A stretch of 64,000 nt of DNA from Phoronis australis. Its lineage: Eukaryota > Animalia > Phoronida. The DNA is taken from NCBI GenBank assembly GCA_002633005.1, contig NMRA01000678.1, forward strand, positions 65,613 through 129,612, given 5' to 3'. Below the pieces are notes generated by a model. It was not told the DNA's origin and made no database searches. It saw only the letters and a program-made list of their open reading frames with translations. This document shows, one piece after another, positions 50,961 through 62,995 of this stretch (the stretch's first letter is position 1; every line of letters starts with the position of its first letter). A program made the position numbers and the translations under genes.

Positions 50961-53598
50961 ACGCGCAACGTGCCTGATCCACTCGGACGGTTTCAATGAC
51001 GTCACAAGGTCATCTGCGAACTGACGGAAATGGAAACGACAATCGAAAGAACACAACATTATTACAAGATATTGAATTCTACCCGATAGTAAAGTAACTT
51101 TACCTTTCCTGAATAGATGCAATTTATTACTTTATCATTTTTCACCTTCTTTAAACTTGATAAAAATAAAGATTTTGAGTAAAAGTTTATTGTCATCTTT
51201 TTCTCGCCACCTTACAACAGACTTGGCTTTTAAAGGATTTTGGATGCTTCTTCTAAGTTAGACTGTGATTACATAGTAAGTATAACAAGAGCAATACAGA
51301 GCGTTGAAATGCACCGACGACAGCACCGCAACCGGTGTGTTTCTACAAATGTTTTCTAGTGTTATAAAATGGCCTTCGATGGCGCAGAATATGTCAAACA
51401 TTGGAGAGGTTGTGTCATCTCTCTATCATAATAATTCTTATCAAAGTTCATGAAAATAAAACAAGGAACTGCAAGCATACAGAAGCAAACACAAAGAAGT
51501 AAAATTGACACGAGGGAACAAAGGTATAATCCGATTGGTTTAACTATTCATCTGTTGCCGTCTCAATAGGAGCACATCCACCAAATTTCGCAATGATCCT
51601 TCAAAGGGCTTAGGAGATACATCCGTAGACATAAGAACGGCGAAGTTACCCTTAGGGGGCGCCAGAGTACTCGAAACCGTCCGAAAATCTACCTCAGCCG
51701 CGATCTCCGCATTAGGAACACAACAGTCAATTTTCATTATGATCTTTTGAGTGGTTTGGCAGATAAAGAGATGGACGGCAAAAACATATTAAAAAAATAA
51801 TGACGCAGAAAATATCAAATCTGCCTTCAAGGGGTTATGGAGATTCGGCCGTAGACGCAAAAAAATGAAAACAAAATCGACAGTAGTGGGACCCGTCTAA
51901 AATCGATGTCAATCATTACCTTGTTGTCATTAACACGCCTGTAAATTTTACCTTTCAGCGGTTTTGCAGATTGTGAGGCTGGAACGCCAGCAAACTGACG
52001 CAAAAATAAAAATGGCCACAAGGTCGAGTAAAATACGTCAAATACGTCCGAAAATGAAATGTCATTGTCGTCTCCAGTCCTTAATAAAAACATATTTGAA
52101 GAACTTTATGAAAATCCACCAATGAACCTCCAACGTAAAAATAGCTAAAATCGCCTCTAGGGGGCACTGGCAGGCGGATCGGTTGGAACGCAAGAAACAA
52201 TAAGATCCTGGAAGCTGTTTAGGAGATGCAGCAGCAGACACTGGACTCCGGAAGCCCTACAGAGATGACGACAATATGCACCAACATATAATTGTGTGGG
52301 CGCATAAAAAGCTTCTAAGTGAACCAGGATCAGATAGAAAGGGTTTATGAAAATCTCTATAAATGTTTCCTGATAAAATGGACAACAAAATTACATGTTA
52401 AAAGATTTCACGGAAACGAACATTTATATTTTAACTTTAGTCCTCTAAGCCATATTGGTGGAACGAAAGTGATGGAAAATGAATGTCTGAATTGTGGAGG
52501 ACCACTGTTTGTCAAAAGTACTCTTCTCAAAAGTTCAAAACCACTCAAAATAACTCTAGCAGACTGTGTAAGAAAGCTAACCGTAAATATTTGTGAGAAT
52601 CATCAGCGCTCGCTGAGCATGCGCGGGATATTGGACCTGAGAGGGAGCTGGAGGCCACCGAACAGACGGGTGTTCCGGCAATCACATGGCCAGATACCGG
52701 GTTCTTCGATTCAGATGTCCCATTTTTCCATTTCGTTTCTGAAGGCCGTGCAGGATTTCCTTGTTTTCAGGAGTTCATTTCCAACTTGGCCACCGGAGAA
52801 TTTTGTCATGATGCACTTGGCGAGAGGACAACATGATAAGCGTCAAACCCACCTACAATGGGTCAAGACACCCGACCCATTATTTCCACTTCAGTATAAA
52901 TGATCAAAACGGGATTAAAGACCATTTTTACCTTTTTGAAATACAAATAATTGTAACAATAAAGTTCGATTTACTGATGAAAAAAGATTTAAATGGCAAA
53001 CGCTATTACGGCCATGCTATTTTGTCCATTTTGAACCATTGGGTCAACTTTGACTGCTGGCAGTCATTTTCAAAGAACTCTTACGCTCGTTTATGAAATT
53101 TAGTTGGTTAAGCTCTTGTCGCGTTCACAGGTATTCCTTTAAAGAAGTGCTGGCTTTAAGAATACTATGTTCTGATTTTCAAATGAAAATGTCTAAAAAC
53201 CAGACTTCCACCACAAAAAATAAAAGGTGATTTAGATCACTTACACACCCCGTTATGAAATAGTCCCTTTGTCAAAACTGAGGTAAAGTCAGGACTGAAA
53301 TTTCGTTAATGCTTGGGACCAGGTTTTACAGGTCGGCATGTCACACGTCAGTTTACGCGCCGACCATGGCGTCAAGGAATAAGGAAGTTCCAGTTGTTTA
53401 CAAACCCATAAATCACTTCTCATCTGATTAAGGAACAAACCGATAGCAGTTTCACTGTGGTAAGTTGTCTACATCAAAATAACTTCCTTAAACGGAACGA
53501 GAGTTATAAAACGGTTATGTTATCGTTCACGTATTTTCCATCATACATGTTCACATTCATTCAAAGAAAAACATTTCCAAAGTCAATAAGTTTATTTC

Positions 53599-53950
53599 AA
53601 CAGCTTATTAATTAAAATGACATCAGCTAGAAATTAAATTTGGGACATCAAAAGCGGGGCTCCAATATTAATATAGAGCGCTCGAAGGTGTCCGAAGAGC
53701 GGGGCATGCCTGTATTGATATCGCTGGGCTCAACCCCAAGAGCGGAGATTCCATTGTTGATTTAGAGGCCCGCTCTTCCTAGCCGACTTCGGACAGGACT
53801 GCCTTTAATGATGTAGGCGGCCACAATCTTCGTCCACCTTCGGGCGGGGCCTTCTCCATTAATATGGCTTGCCCCACTCTTGAGGCCCGAAATTTAATTT
53901 CTTGCCTATGCAATTTTAATAAGATTAAGTCATTTTAAAAATAAGCTGTT
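53599..53950. mobile_element. Palindromic (foldback) MITE-like element
   Basis: agaaattaaatttgggacatcaaaagcggggc...cgaaggtgtccgaaga pairs with tcttcgtccaccttcg...gccccactcttgaggcccgaaatttaatttct. Confidence 0.65.
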
Positions 53951-54789
53951 TTTGTGATTGAGTCAAGAAAATAATAAAAATAAAATGTTATTTGTAGCAC
54001 CTTTTCTTAGTTGTATACATTTGAGAAGGAAAAACCGAGTCACGTGGATTGAAAAGCGGGACATCCGCATAATGCCAAAACGGAATGGCGAAATGTTTCG
54101 TCGCAACAAACAAAAAAGTCCCAACTGTAATTTTCGTCGAACTACCTGACGACGATTTTTTAGTCGAATGAGAAATTGCGGGTGCTGCACAAACCACGAA
54201 AGGTGCCATTGCTTTCTTGTTTTTCGAACAGGAAAACAATGTGTCAAGTGAAAAATCCCATTAGTATTACGATAATATGCCAGTTTCAGCGTGTGTCAAA
54301 AGCGGGACATTTTGATGGTGTGGCGGATGGCGGAATAAATACTCAAAACCTGGGACCGTCTGTCTGTCATCTAGTTACTTTAAAGATCTTCAAAGCTGTG
54401 TCCAGTAGAACTTCCAATAGGAGTTGTGATATAGAAAAGTTACTCAAACAAAGTTGCGCATTGATAAAGACTTGCACAGACAGAATAATGCGGCTTTGTA
54501 GATAAAAATGCGCATGCCTATAGGCAATGCATATCATGCGCCTATACAAAGAACACCCCCGCGTCTACAAGTGAAACTTGAGCGCATGGGCCTAACTGCG
54601 AAACACTTGAGCAATTTTTTTTCGAAACATGTTTTATTTAGGAATAGCGCGTGTGTCTAAATACGAACATTTACCCACATGTACGGCATATGAATAATGA
54701 ATAATATCTTAGAATTGCTTTTAAAACCCGCGGCCCGTCACAAGCAAACATTCGATTAAGAACAATTACGGCTGTCAATCTAAGACTAA

Positions 54790-55030
54790 CTTGTTCCTCA
54801 CTAAATTCAAATGTCAGCGAGGGCAAGCTGCCCACTCCAGCAAAGCCCTCCCTGAAGATGCGACTGTTCCGAGCAGGAGGGGGCCAGAAACAACTTTTAT
54901 GCTCCATGTTCGACAAGAATCAGCCATCGTCTACATCGTCACCGACGAACTCTTCATGATGCCCTTGGATTGCTGCTCCTTGTCTGTGGTATTTTGGCCC
55001 TACGTCCCATGCAGTGCCATCGTTGAAAAC
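54790..55030 (-). mobile_element. Possible heavily degenerate THAP-domain fragment of a DNA transposon
   Basis: Minus-strand RRWLILV (different frame) then WPPPARNSRIFREGF...LPSLTF resemble THAP W..P..SRICS.HF...P.LF; key Cys/His are lost. Confidence 0.3.
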
Positions 55031-55315
55031 CATGGTTTTGGTTCCCGTTCTCAGGTGGCGCCACTTGTTTTGGTTCTTTGAAGTGGAAAGCAACTGTTAA
55101 ATGTTACCTGTACTAAAATTACGGCTCCCTGGTTATCCCAGAGAGACATTTTTCACATTAATCACCATTCACTTGGGGTTTATTTATTCTCCGTGCTACA
55201 ATACCAGATCCACATTTTGGTTTAGCAACCATTTCTATTGATCAAACACAACTGATCGACACAGACTTCGTTCAATTTAGCGATTTGGACATTGCATTTG
55301 CTAAATGGAAAGGAA

Positions 55316-55752
55316 TGCAGTAGCAATATGTCGGTCATTTTCTGGGCTATGTGTGTGGTTCAGTTATTTGATGGATATTTGAAACATTCCACGGGATCAA
55401 CTGTTTATGTGGAAAATTGTGTCTCCCAGGTAATCAAGGATTCGTTTTGTAATAATAGTCTCGTGAAAAACAGTTGATATCTCTACTGGAGATGCACTTC
55501 TGATTGTTTTTGCTACCAATTTTCAATCACTGTNTGCAGTAGCAATATGTCGGCCATTTTCTGGGCTATGTGTGTGGTTCAGTTATTTGATGGATATTTG
55601 AAACATTCCACGGGATCAACTGTTTATGTGGAAAATTGTGCCTCCCAGGTAATCAAGGATTCGTTTTGTAATAAAAGTCTCGTGAAAAACAGTTGATATC
55701 TCTACTGGAGATGCACTTCTGATTGTTTTTGCTACCAATTTTCAATCACTGT
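55316..55752. other. 218-bp tandem duplication across a single N (55534): probable assembly/haplotype artefact
   Basis: 55316-55533 repeated at 55535-55752 with about 3 substitutions, joined exactly at the N. Confidence 0.8.
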
Positions 55753-58700
55753 ACTAATAGTCAAATGTGGCAGGTTTTTGAACTACGTCTTTCAAAACAA
55801 ACTTTGATTCCTGGAATAAGGAAAGGTAAGTTAGTAAATACATTTCCTGGTGTTTTAGGATATTTTGCTTAAATTTTACGACACTATGTATATGTTCTAT
55901 TACAAAATAGATTTTCCTCTGCAGTCACATGTGAACGGCCATTTTAATTATGAGCAGGCATGTGATCCCCGATAAAATAGTATCCTACATTTTTTTATTA
56001 TTTTCTATCTGCATACTATAAAACAGGATTTATACAATTTCTTGTTTTGCAAGGATATTAAGTTACATAATTTGTCAGGTAAATATTTAGCATGCCATAT
56101 GGCAGAGAAATATTTTGTCAATGCTGTCTAACTTCATTTTATTTGTGGCATGGCACACCAAATGGCAGACAAGTAAAAGTTTATTGTGTAAAAATTTCTC
56201 AACAAAAATAACTTTTCAGGAAAATTAACTTTCTTTTTAGCATGACGTAGATAATAGCAAACAACATTTGGTAAACTTTTGAGTAGTTGTAACAATGTGG
56301 TAAGTTTCCGAAAAATTGAAATAAAATTATTGCAATTTCAGCAATTATACTTGTCCGGAATTAAAGAATTTTTACTGTATGACCCCACACTTCATACAAC
56401 TTTAATCATTTGTAACAGCCTTTGAAAAATAAAAAATAACGATTTTGGCGCTAATTTTGGGACTAATGTCTGATGTATTGCCTGTTCTTTATGTTATTGT
56501 AAAATTTTTATGAATCCGAATGAATGATTTTGCCAAAATTATTCTTTGATAGTGATATATAAAGAAAGTGGCAATTTATAGTGTTCTAAAAATGCTCTTA
56601 GGTATACTTTTGAAAATAAAGGTAAAGATTTCCCCATGTTCCTATTTATTATTTTCATTGTCATTTTCAGCAATTTTTATAATTGTTGTTTTGTCATATT
56701 CTAATGTGTTTACATTTTTGTGGGCTGTTTGATTGTATAAATTTTGTTCCTGTAAAATAGTTTTTATGTGCTCAGCGAACCCTGTGATAAGAATAATGCA
56801 CGTGAATTTGGCTCATGTTTTGTGTGGAACACTTGAGCCAAATTTCCTGAATTACATGTATGTGTCATTCAGTGAAACTTATTTATTAGAAATTGAAGAA
56901 TTTGGCCAGAAGTATCATGAGCACACGCTAATAACACCCAGTTTGAGACGTGTTGCATATAGGCAGGAGGTAACAGCTAGTGATGGTCAATTGTAAAGGG
57001 CTATGTGCGAAACGTGTGTAAATCATTTTTATTACAAAAACGGGTTATGTCGGATACAGGCGCCTGGGCCTAAATAGGCCCATATACCGTAGTACTGGTA
57101 CTAACACTAGTGACTAAAATGTTTTGGATTGGTGGCAGTCTAGCCGAAAATGTGAGATTGGATGCCTCAGGTGTTCTTGTTGAAAGGTGATCAATAAACA
57201 AGTGAAAACAAACATGTTTTCTCCTTCTCACACAAAGCCGCAGTTCCCTTCGTTTAGGGCGTCGCTTTTGTAACCTAACGGTCATTAACTAAGTCTTTTT
57301 CTTCAAAAAATCACGGTGACGTGATGACTGTCACATAACAATGACGAGCTTTTGAGTTTGTTTCATGAAAAATGACTTAGAGACTGAAGAGCTTTGGCCT
57401 GAAAAATAATTAAAACTCACTCCAGCAGTGCAAAGTATCCGAGAACATGCCCATTACTGGTAGTTGTCGAGATAATATATAGAAAACATAGCTAGACTGT
57501 GATGTAAAAATTACATGGTTAAAACTTTATTACAAAATTGTGAAGTGGACAGACTATGCATTTACTGGGCATGTCAACACCATTGTGTTACTTATGTGCA
57601 TGAGATGACAAAATGCCAGGCTTTGGATCATCCACATTTCGTTCATACCTAGAAGTTGAAGATTGCTGGCCAACTTTTGGTCACGCTGGCCTTTTCCATT
57701 CATATGAGGTGCTGCGTCCCTCAAAATATAACTCTGGCATCACTGACACTGCTTCCAGTACCGGTCCAGTTGGGTAATCATCGTTTTTCATGATTTTGTT
57801 TAGGTACAAATTAAATAAAAAAACGCTTATGTTTTCCTTTGAAATCTGTGGTAGGGCTTCCCGTTATATCATCCTTGTCTCCTTTACAGTTATCGCAAGG
57901 CGAAGGTGAAGCAATGGGTGATCAAATTATCAGTAGATGCATACATGAAGACCTACACCTGCAGACTTACTAAGCGAATATTTCCATGTCATGAGTCAAA
58001 GGGTTCTAAAGAATTCCCGGGATAAGCCTAGACAGGGTTGCTGTTAGGCAAGTGATCCAGATAATTACTGGTCATTGCAATTTTAGCCTGGCATCCAAAT
58101 ATCGCAAACCACGTGACATCCTTAACTTGCTATAAGCGTGGCATGCGAGCCGAAATTCTTCAACACTGGAGATTTGCGGTGCCCAAAAAGGCTTCGCATC
58201 TTTTTACACCGTGAGCACTGCCTACCTGATGGAAATCACCCCTATCCTACACATTTAAATGTCTTTTCAAAAATTCCCAAGACTAAAGGGGACAGAAACC
58301 AGAACACTGCACACTACTCCGACTTCGTTATTTTAGTTGTCAGTGGTAATGCTGTTTTTTTTTTTTTTTACAAAATAGCCTGCTTCCATATGTCTCCAGC
58401 TCGTTTCATCGAGTTGTTTTAGCCTCTTGAAAGAGGAGCACTGGCGCTCTGAGAGCAAAGGTGTGGTGTGACGCGGCTCTAAGATAATTCAGTAGCTTGA
58501 AATGTCCGTTGTGACGGCTGAAATTTTAAAGTCTTAACAATAGTACATGTACAACTCTGAAATTGTTTATTCGTTTAATCAAACAAGCGTCAGTCATAAT
58601 CATAATACAACAATAAAAACACTCAGTGACACAGTGAGCTGTGTAATTGAGTGTGCTTTTTTGCATTGATCAACATGTAGTTCAACAAGAGACAGGTTTA

Positions 58701-58902
58701 TTCACTGACAGTTTCACTTCTCGAGGTTAAATTGTCGTCAGGTATAATACAAGAGTGTGTAAAATGACTTTTAAGTCATTGTTAAAACAATTCGAGACGT
58801 GCTTCGTTAAACTGGCGTTTTCTACTCTAAGCACTCTAATTTTTTCTACTTCTAAGCGTTTTATCGTGCTTTATCTGCACATGTATACATTTACAAACCA
58901 AG

Positions 58903-59058
58903 CAGTGCTGTAGTGATAAAATTAGATGTAAGTAGGCGCCCAGAGCCTACCCTATCACCTTGAGCACTGAACGTAACTTACGGTGCGTAGGCGCTGCGTT
59001 CAAATACCAGAAGGTGGTTGGCTTCGCCTACGTGCGCCTACCTCCCACTACAGCACTG
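58903..59058. mobile_element. hAT-type MITE (156 bp) with perfect 13-bp TIRs and 8-bp TSD, about 200 bp 3' of the innexin stop codon
   Basis: TIR cagtgctgtagtg / cactacagcactg; TSD aaaccaag at 58895-58902 and 59059-59066. Confidence 0.92.
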
Positions 59059-59262
59059 AAACCAAGCTTGTAAACTGTCGTTCTTCGTTTGTCTGCCCGT
59101 AAGACGCCCATTAGGAACTACATCTCTCAGCTCTCGCCTCTCTTATCCACAATTTTGCCTCAGCAACCGTTTGAAGGTTTTGTTTCCGAAACTTTCTGTT
59201 TTGTTAACTTTCGGTGCGTTAAGTGCCGACGCCGCGAGGAATAACTATACTGCTTCCGCAGA

Positions 59263-60453
59263 TTATTTGCTTGGGTAATAATCGCGCCGAAACTTCTTGA
59301 AATGTTCCCATAGTCCTAATACGACGTCCGTGATAACGAGGTCGTTAGCGTTCTTGCTCACAAGTCTCAGAACAAACAGTCCGTCCTGGCGAAGGTAGGT
59401 GTCTACGAAGGTGTTCGCTAACTTTTTGTCCGCTTGCGTGTTGAACTGGTTAGCCATCTTTAAGTACTTTTTGATGTAATGACGACGCGTCTTTTGGAAC
59501 GCTGTGGCGATCCACGGGAGAAGTCCCCAACAACTGAGCGTGGCGACCAGTACCAGCCAAAACCATATGAAGATGAAGATCTTTTCGCTGAAATGATTGA
59601 TAGGAAGAGCACACTGGAGCGTGTAGCGGTGGATGTTGTGCAATCCCCCAAGCCTTCGTATCTCAAAGTCGCAAAGAGTAACACGTGGGAACCGTCGCGA
59701 CTCTCTCCAGTCACTACCATTGGCGATTTTGCTGATAACTTCTGTTCCGTAATATGCGAAGTCCTGTCGCAGAAAAGCGTTGAGCAAAAACAGTTGCGCA
59801 ATGCTGTTGGCTATGTACAATAATTTGACCAAAAGATAGACAAACAGCATTTGGTTTCCAACCCGTTTTCCGCAGAAGCACATCCGCTCAGCTAGGAACA
59901 CTTGCAGACGACGGCAAAAACTGGGTCGGTACTCGTGATGGGCAGTGAAGTAACGATCCATATGGCGCACCAGATAGTTCATTGTTTTCTCCCGATTCTC
60001 GGGATTCAGGTGCTCACTGGTAGTGATGGTCGCGACAACACCGGAAACACCGAGACCCACTCGACTGTTGTACAAGCGCCACACGACGTGCGGTAGATAG
60101 AACAGGAATGCCATCGACAGCAAAATGTATGGAAACCACTGGTTGTAGCTCAACTCTCGGTCTCGCCTGGTTCCAATAAAGGAAGGGATATCCTCTATTT
60201 TGTCGTTGTGTCCAACGTAATAAGTGTTACTAATCCAGCATATATTGTCCGCATATTTCACGTGTTGGCTGCTAAAGTGCGCCGGCGTCCAACAGTCGAT
60301 GGGATCGCCGACATACTGTTTAGTGCCGATAATGATGGTGCTGATGAGAAGAACACCCAGTGTGTAGCGATGACTCATTCGATCGAAAAAATCGTCTTCG
60401 TAATGAATGGAGATTTTAGTGACTTTGGCGATTATGTCCAAAAACGACGACAT
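59263..60453 (-). CDS. inx: Innexin (invertebrate gap-junction/hemichannel protein), 396 aa, single coding exon
   Basis: Innexin signatures: DDFFDRMSHRYT, QYVGDPIDCWTP, CWISNTY, YNQW (YYQW variant), FYLPHVVW, FPRVTLCDF, QCALPIN..EKIFIFIWFW, YLRQDGLFVLRL; four hydrophobic segments and four extracellular Cys. Likely ATG (MSSFLD) at 60453 lies one base after a tttcag acceptor, implying an upstream non-coding exon; the ORF-track start at 60498 is probably intronic. Specific ortholog not assignable. Confidence 0.97.
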   Translation of the reverse strand: MSSFLDIIAKVTKISIHYEDDFFDRMSHRYTLGVLLISTIIIGTKQYVGDPIDCWTPAHFSSQHVKYADNICWISNTYYVGHNDKIEDIPSFIGTRRDRELSYNQWFPYILLSMAFLFYLPHVVWRLYNSRVGLGVSGVVATITTSEHLNPENREKTMNYLVRHMDRYFTAHHEYRPSFCRRLQVFLAERMCFCGKRVGNQMLFVYLLVKLLYIANSIAQLFLLNAFLRQDFAYYGTEVISKIANGSDWRESRRFPRVTLCDFEIRRLGGLHNIHRYTLQCALPINHFSEKIFIFIWFWLVLVATLSCWGLLPWIATAFQKTRRHYIKKYLKMANQFNTQADKKLANTFVDTYLRQDGLFVLRLVSKNANDLVITDVVLGLWEHFKKFRRDYYPSK

Positions 60454-61391
60454 CCTGAAATCACCAATTGAAGAATTATTGTACGATAAAAGGAACAAAA
60501 CTGAAACATTATCAATTGAATCAGACTTGATTAGTGTATGGAAGGAGATTTGAAAATTGTTTGCAACTTACATATAAACCGTATAAATAAAGCGTCTATA
60601 GACTAGTCTCCCATCACAAGTCACAATTTTTGATTTAGACAACTTACCGTTACGAATCTGGTATCAAATTTTTCCTGTGAGTCAAATTGAAGATTCTCGG
60701 ACTTGAAAAGAACTGTCTGTGCGTTATTGCTACAGACCAGGCTCTGCAATTTGTGTTGTCACGAAAGGTCAGTTTATGGACCAAACACAGCCAGTTCTTT
60801 GTAAACCCCGAAATCACTTCTGATTTGATTGATTGAGGAATAAGATGAGATAATTTTTATAGAGTGTAAGTGGTCTCCATCGTTAGACAAGACGCTGGTT
60901 TATCACCGTTTTTACCTCCTCAAAAACACTATCATTTCCAAAGTTCTTCAATACGGCCCATAGCTAAGAATAGTTTAAAAAATAACTGCTGTGTGTACAT
61001 ATCCGAGCATCTCTTTCAAGCATGGTTTAACTCAAATGGTCCGCGTATAGGTGCATGCGTATAATTCCGGATGTAGGCGCAGCTTCGAATGTAGGCGCAT
61101 GGGCCCAACGTCCATATACTCTACTAGAGCCAGAGATAAATATGTATGCCTCCTATAGCATATGCTGATTAAGGTGGACCAGGAGCTAAGCCCTCACGTC
61201 CGGTGCACGATCAAAACAAAAGAAAGTCGACGGCACTAACACTGCGAAATAGACCGCGGTGGGCCGCAAGCCACAGGGGGCTTAAAAACTACTTCTGCGA
61301 CGATTTTGGGGAGAAGGCAATTTTGCTATTGTATTTTATAAAAAGTTCCTGTATTAAAACTTTTTAAAAATGAATTAGATGTCCATAAGTG

Positions 61392-61706
61392 GTGATACTG
61401 CAACTAATATTTCCGTAAGTTGTCTTAAGTGTAAATCCACATTGTTTTTTTCGCTCCACTTCATGGTGAAATTTGGAACTACCATTCCAACATCTTGATA
61501 TTGTTATTGGACTTGTAAACAGAAATATATTATCACACTGACAATACCAGNGTGATACTGCAACTAATATTTCCGTAAGTTGTCTTAAGTGTAAATCCAC
61601 ATTGTTTTTTTCGCGCCACTTCATGGTCATGGAACTACCATTCCAACATCTTGATATTGTTATTGGACTTGTAAACAGAAATATATTATCACACTGACAA
61701 TACCAG
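61392..61706. other. ~157-bp tandem duplication across a single N (61551): probable assembly/haplotype artefact
   Basis: 61392-61550 repeated at 61552-61706 with a SNP and a small indel. Confidence 0.8.
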
Positions 61707-61718
61707 ATAGAGTGACAT

Positions 61719-62175
61719 TATGGGTGAGAAAAACATTTCTAAGATCAGCCCATTTTTAATCGAAACCGAATCACGTCCTGCTATCTTAGCTAACCCCACT
61801 CAGTATAAGGACGAACACTGCGCGTATGTAAATTCGAAGAGTCACCGGCCTTGATTTCTGCAAATGTCTGGCAGACAACGGTAAACGATAAATCCTAAAA
61901 ACATGGCGGATTTTATCGTTTTATACAAGGTACCTAAACTACACGGTCAACGGGCTCAAAAACACGGGAACGGACGCATGAACACGACTCACGGACCGGC
62001 AAACACCGTCCACTGACTCACAAACACGGGAACGGACTAACAAAACACGATCCACGCACCCAAATACACGGGACACGGACTCATATTCACGAGGAAACAC
62101 GGTTAACGGACCGCCAAACACGNTACCGACTTCTACTACTTTGGCTCCGCCTAGTGGCAGTTTTTTGCACCCATA
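61719..62175. mobile_element. Non-autonomous DNA transposon with 16-bp TIRs and internal degenerate ~20-bp array (gap N near 62123)
   Basis: tatgggtgagaaaaac ... gttttttgcacccata; internal units AAACACGG..ACGGAC at 61940-62122. Confidence 0.65.
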
Positions 62176-62727
62176 ACTGTATCTCCCAAACCCACTGCAG
62201 GAGCTTTATTAAATTTAACAAATTTAATTATATGAAGTTGACAACGGTTGACAACGGACGACAACGACTTACACATTTACAAATCTTTATGCGTAATTGG
62301 GGAGCACATGTTTTTCCAAATAATCCTCAAACTTACGCAAGACGGTGAGAAAGATCCACTTCCTTTAATTCCAAATCTTTCATACCAGTTTTATTAATTA
62401 ACTGTGAGCCTTTGTAATTTAGTAAAATTAGAGTGAACACTAAAATTGCAATTGCACCAAAGTCAAATTTTGATCGAAGAAAAACTTTTTACCACTTAAC
62501 ATTGACCATGAGCTGGCTGTGCGCACCTTGTTTGCGCTAATATTAGCAATCTTGTTTCGCCTATTTGATTCATTTCGGCTTTTAGATAAGACGATAGATT
62601 CATAGCTAGTCTACATGACACTAAGATGGCCGCCACCACGACATCTTCCAAGTCCTGTACAAGCGTCATTGTTTAATATTTGCAATTCAGCAATTGACTT
62701 CCTAAAACCGCTCTGAGGTGGTGGCGT

Positions 62728-62995
62728 ATTACAACTATTATTAAAATCTCTTGGTCTATTTACACCGACCTCTAGTCTATATATTGAATTCTCTGTAGTT
62801 TCAGAAGTCGTGGGTTAAAATCCTGGCTCGCATAAAAATGACACCATGAGTGTACCACGTATCCGTGTTCGTTCTTCTAAGAACGCGGGAACACTTGACG
62901 ATGGCCGGAGAAGAGACCAACCGAAACGTCGTGACAGTGTATATAGACTAGAGGTCGGTGTAAATAGACCAAGAGATTTTAATAATAGTTGTAAT
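62728..62995. mobile_element. Perfect 56-bp inverted repeat enclosing a hammerhead-like motif; probable Penelope-like element remnant
   Basis: 62728-62783 is the exact reverse complement of 62940-62995; acacttgacga...ccgaaacgtcg...agtgt at 62891-62940. Confidence 0.6.

Noticed and set aside
52319-52903. 194-aa ORF (and 3164-3682, 8439-8915) as genes
   Set aside because: Non-ATG starts and no recognisable domains; the two that lie in the duplicated block do not reappear as ORFs in the paralogous copy.
55316-55752. Biological tandem duplication (also 61392-61706)
   Set aside because: Junctions fall exactly on single N bases, typical of unmerged contig overlaps.
57600-58250. Possible SWIM-finger transposon remnant on the minus strand
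   Set aside because: Requires several assumed frameshifts; too degenerate to support by eye.
59460-60471. ORFs overlapping the innexin (59460-59801, 59479-59823, 59902-60096, 60208-60471)
   Set aside because: Shadow frames of the innexin CDS with no recognisable motifs.
61940-62122. Repeat-spacer-like ACACGG array
   Set aside because: Degenerate ~20-bp minisatellite inside a TIR element, not CRISPR.
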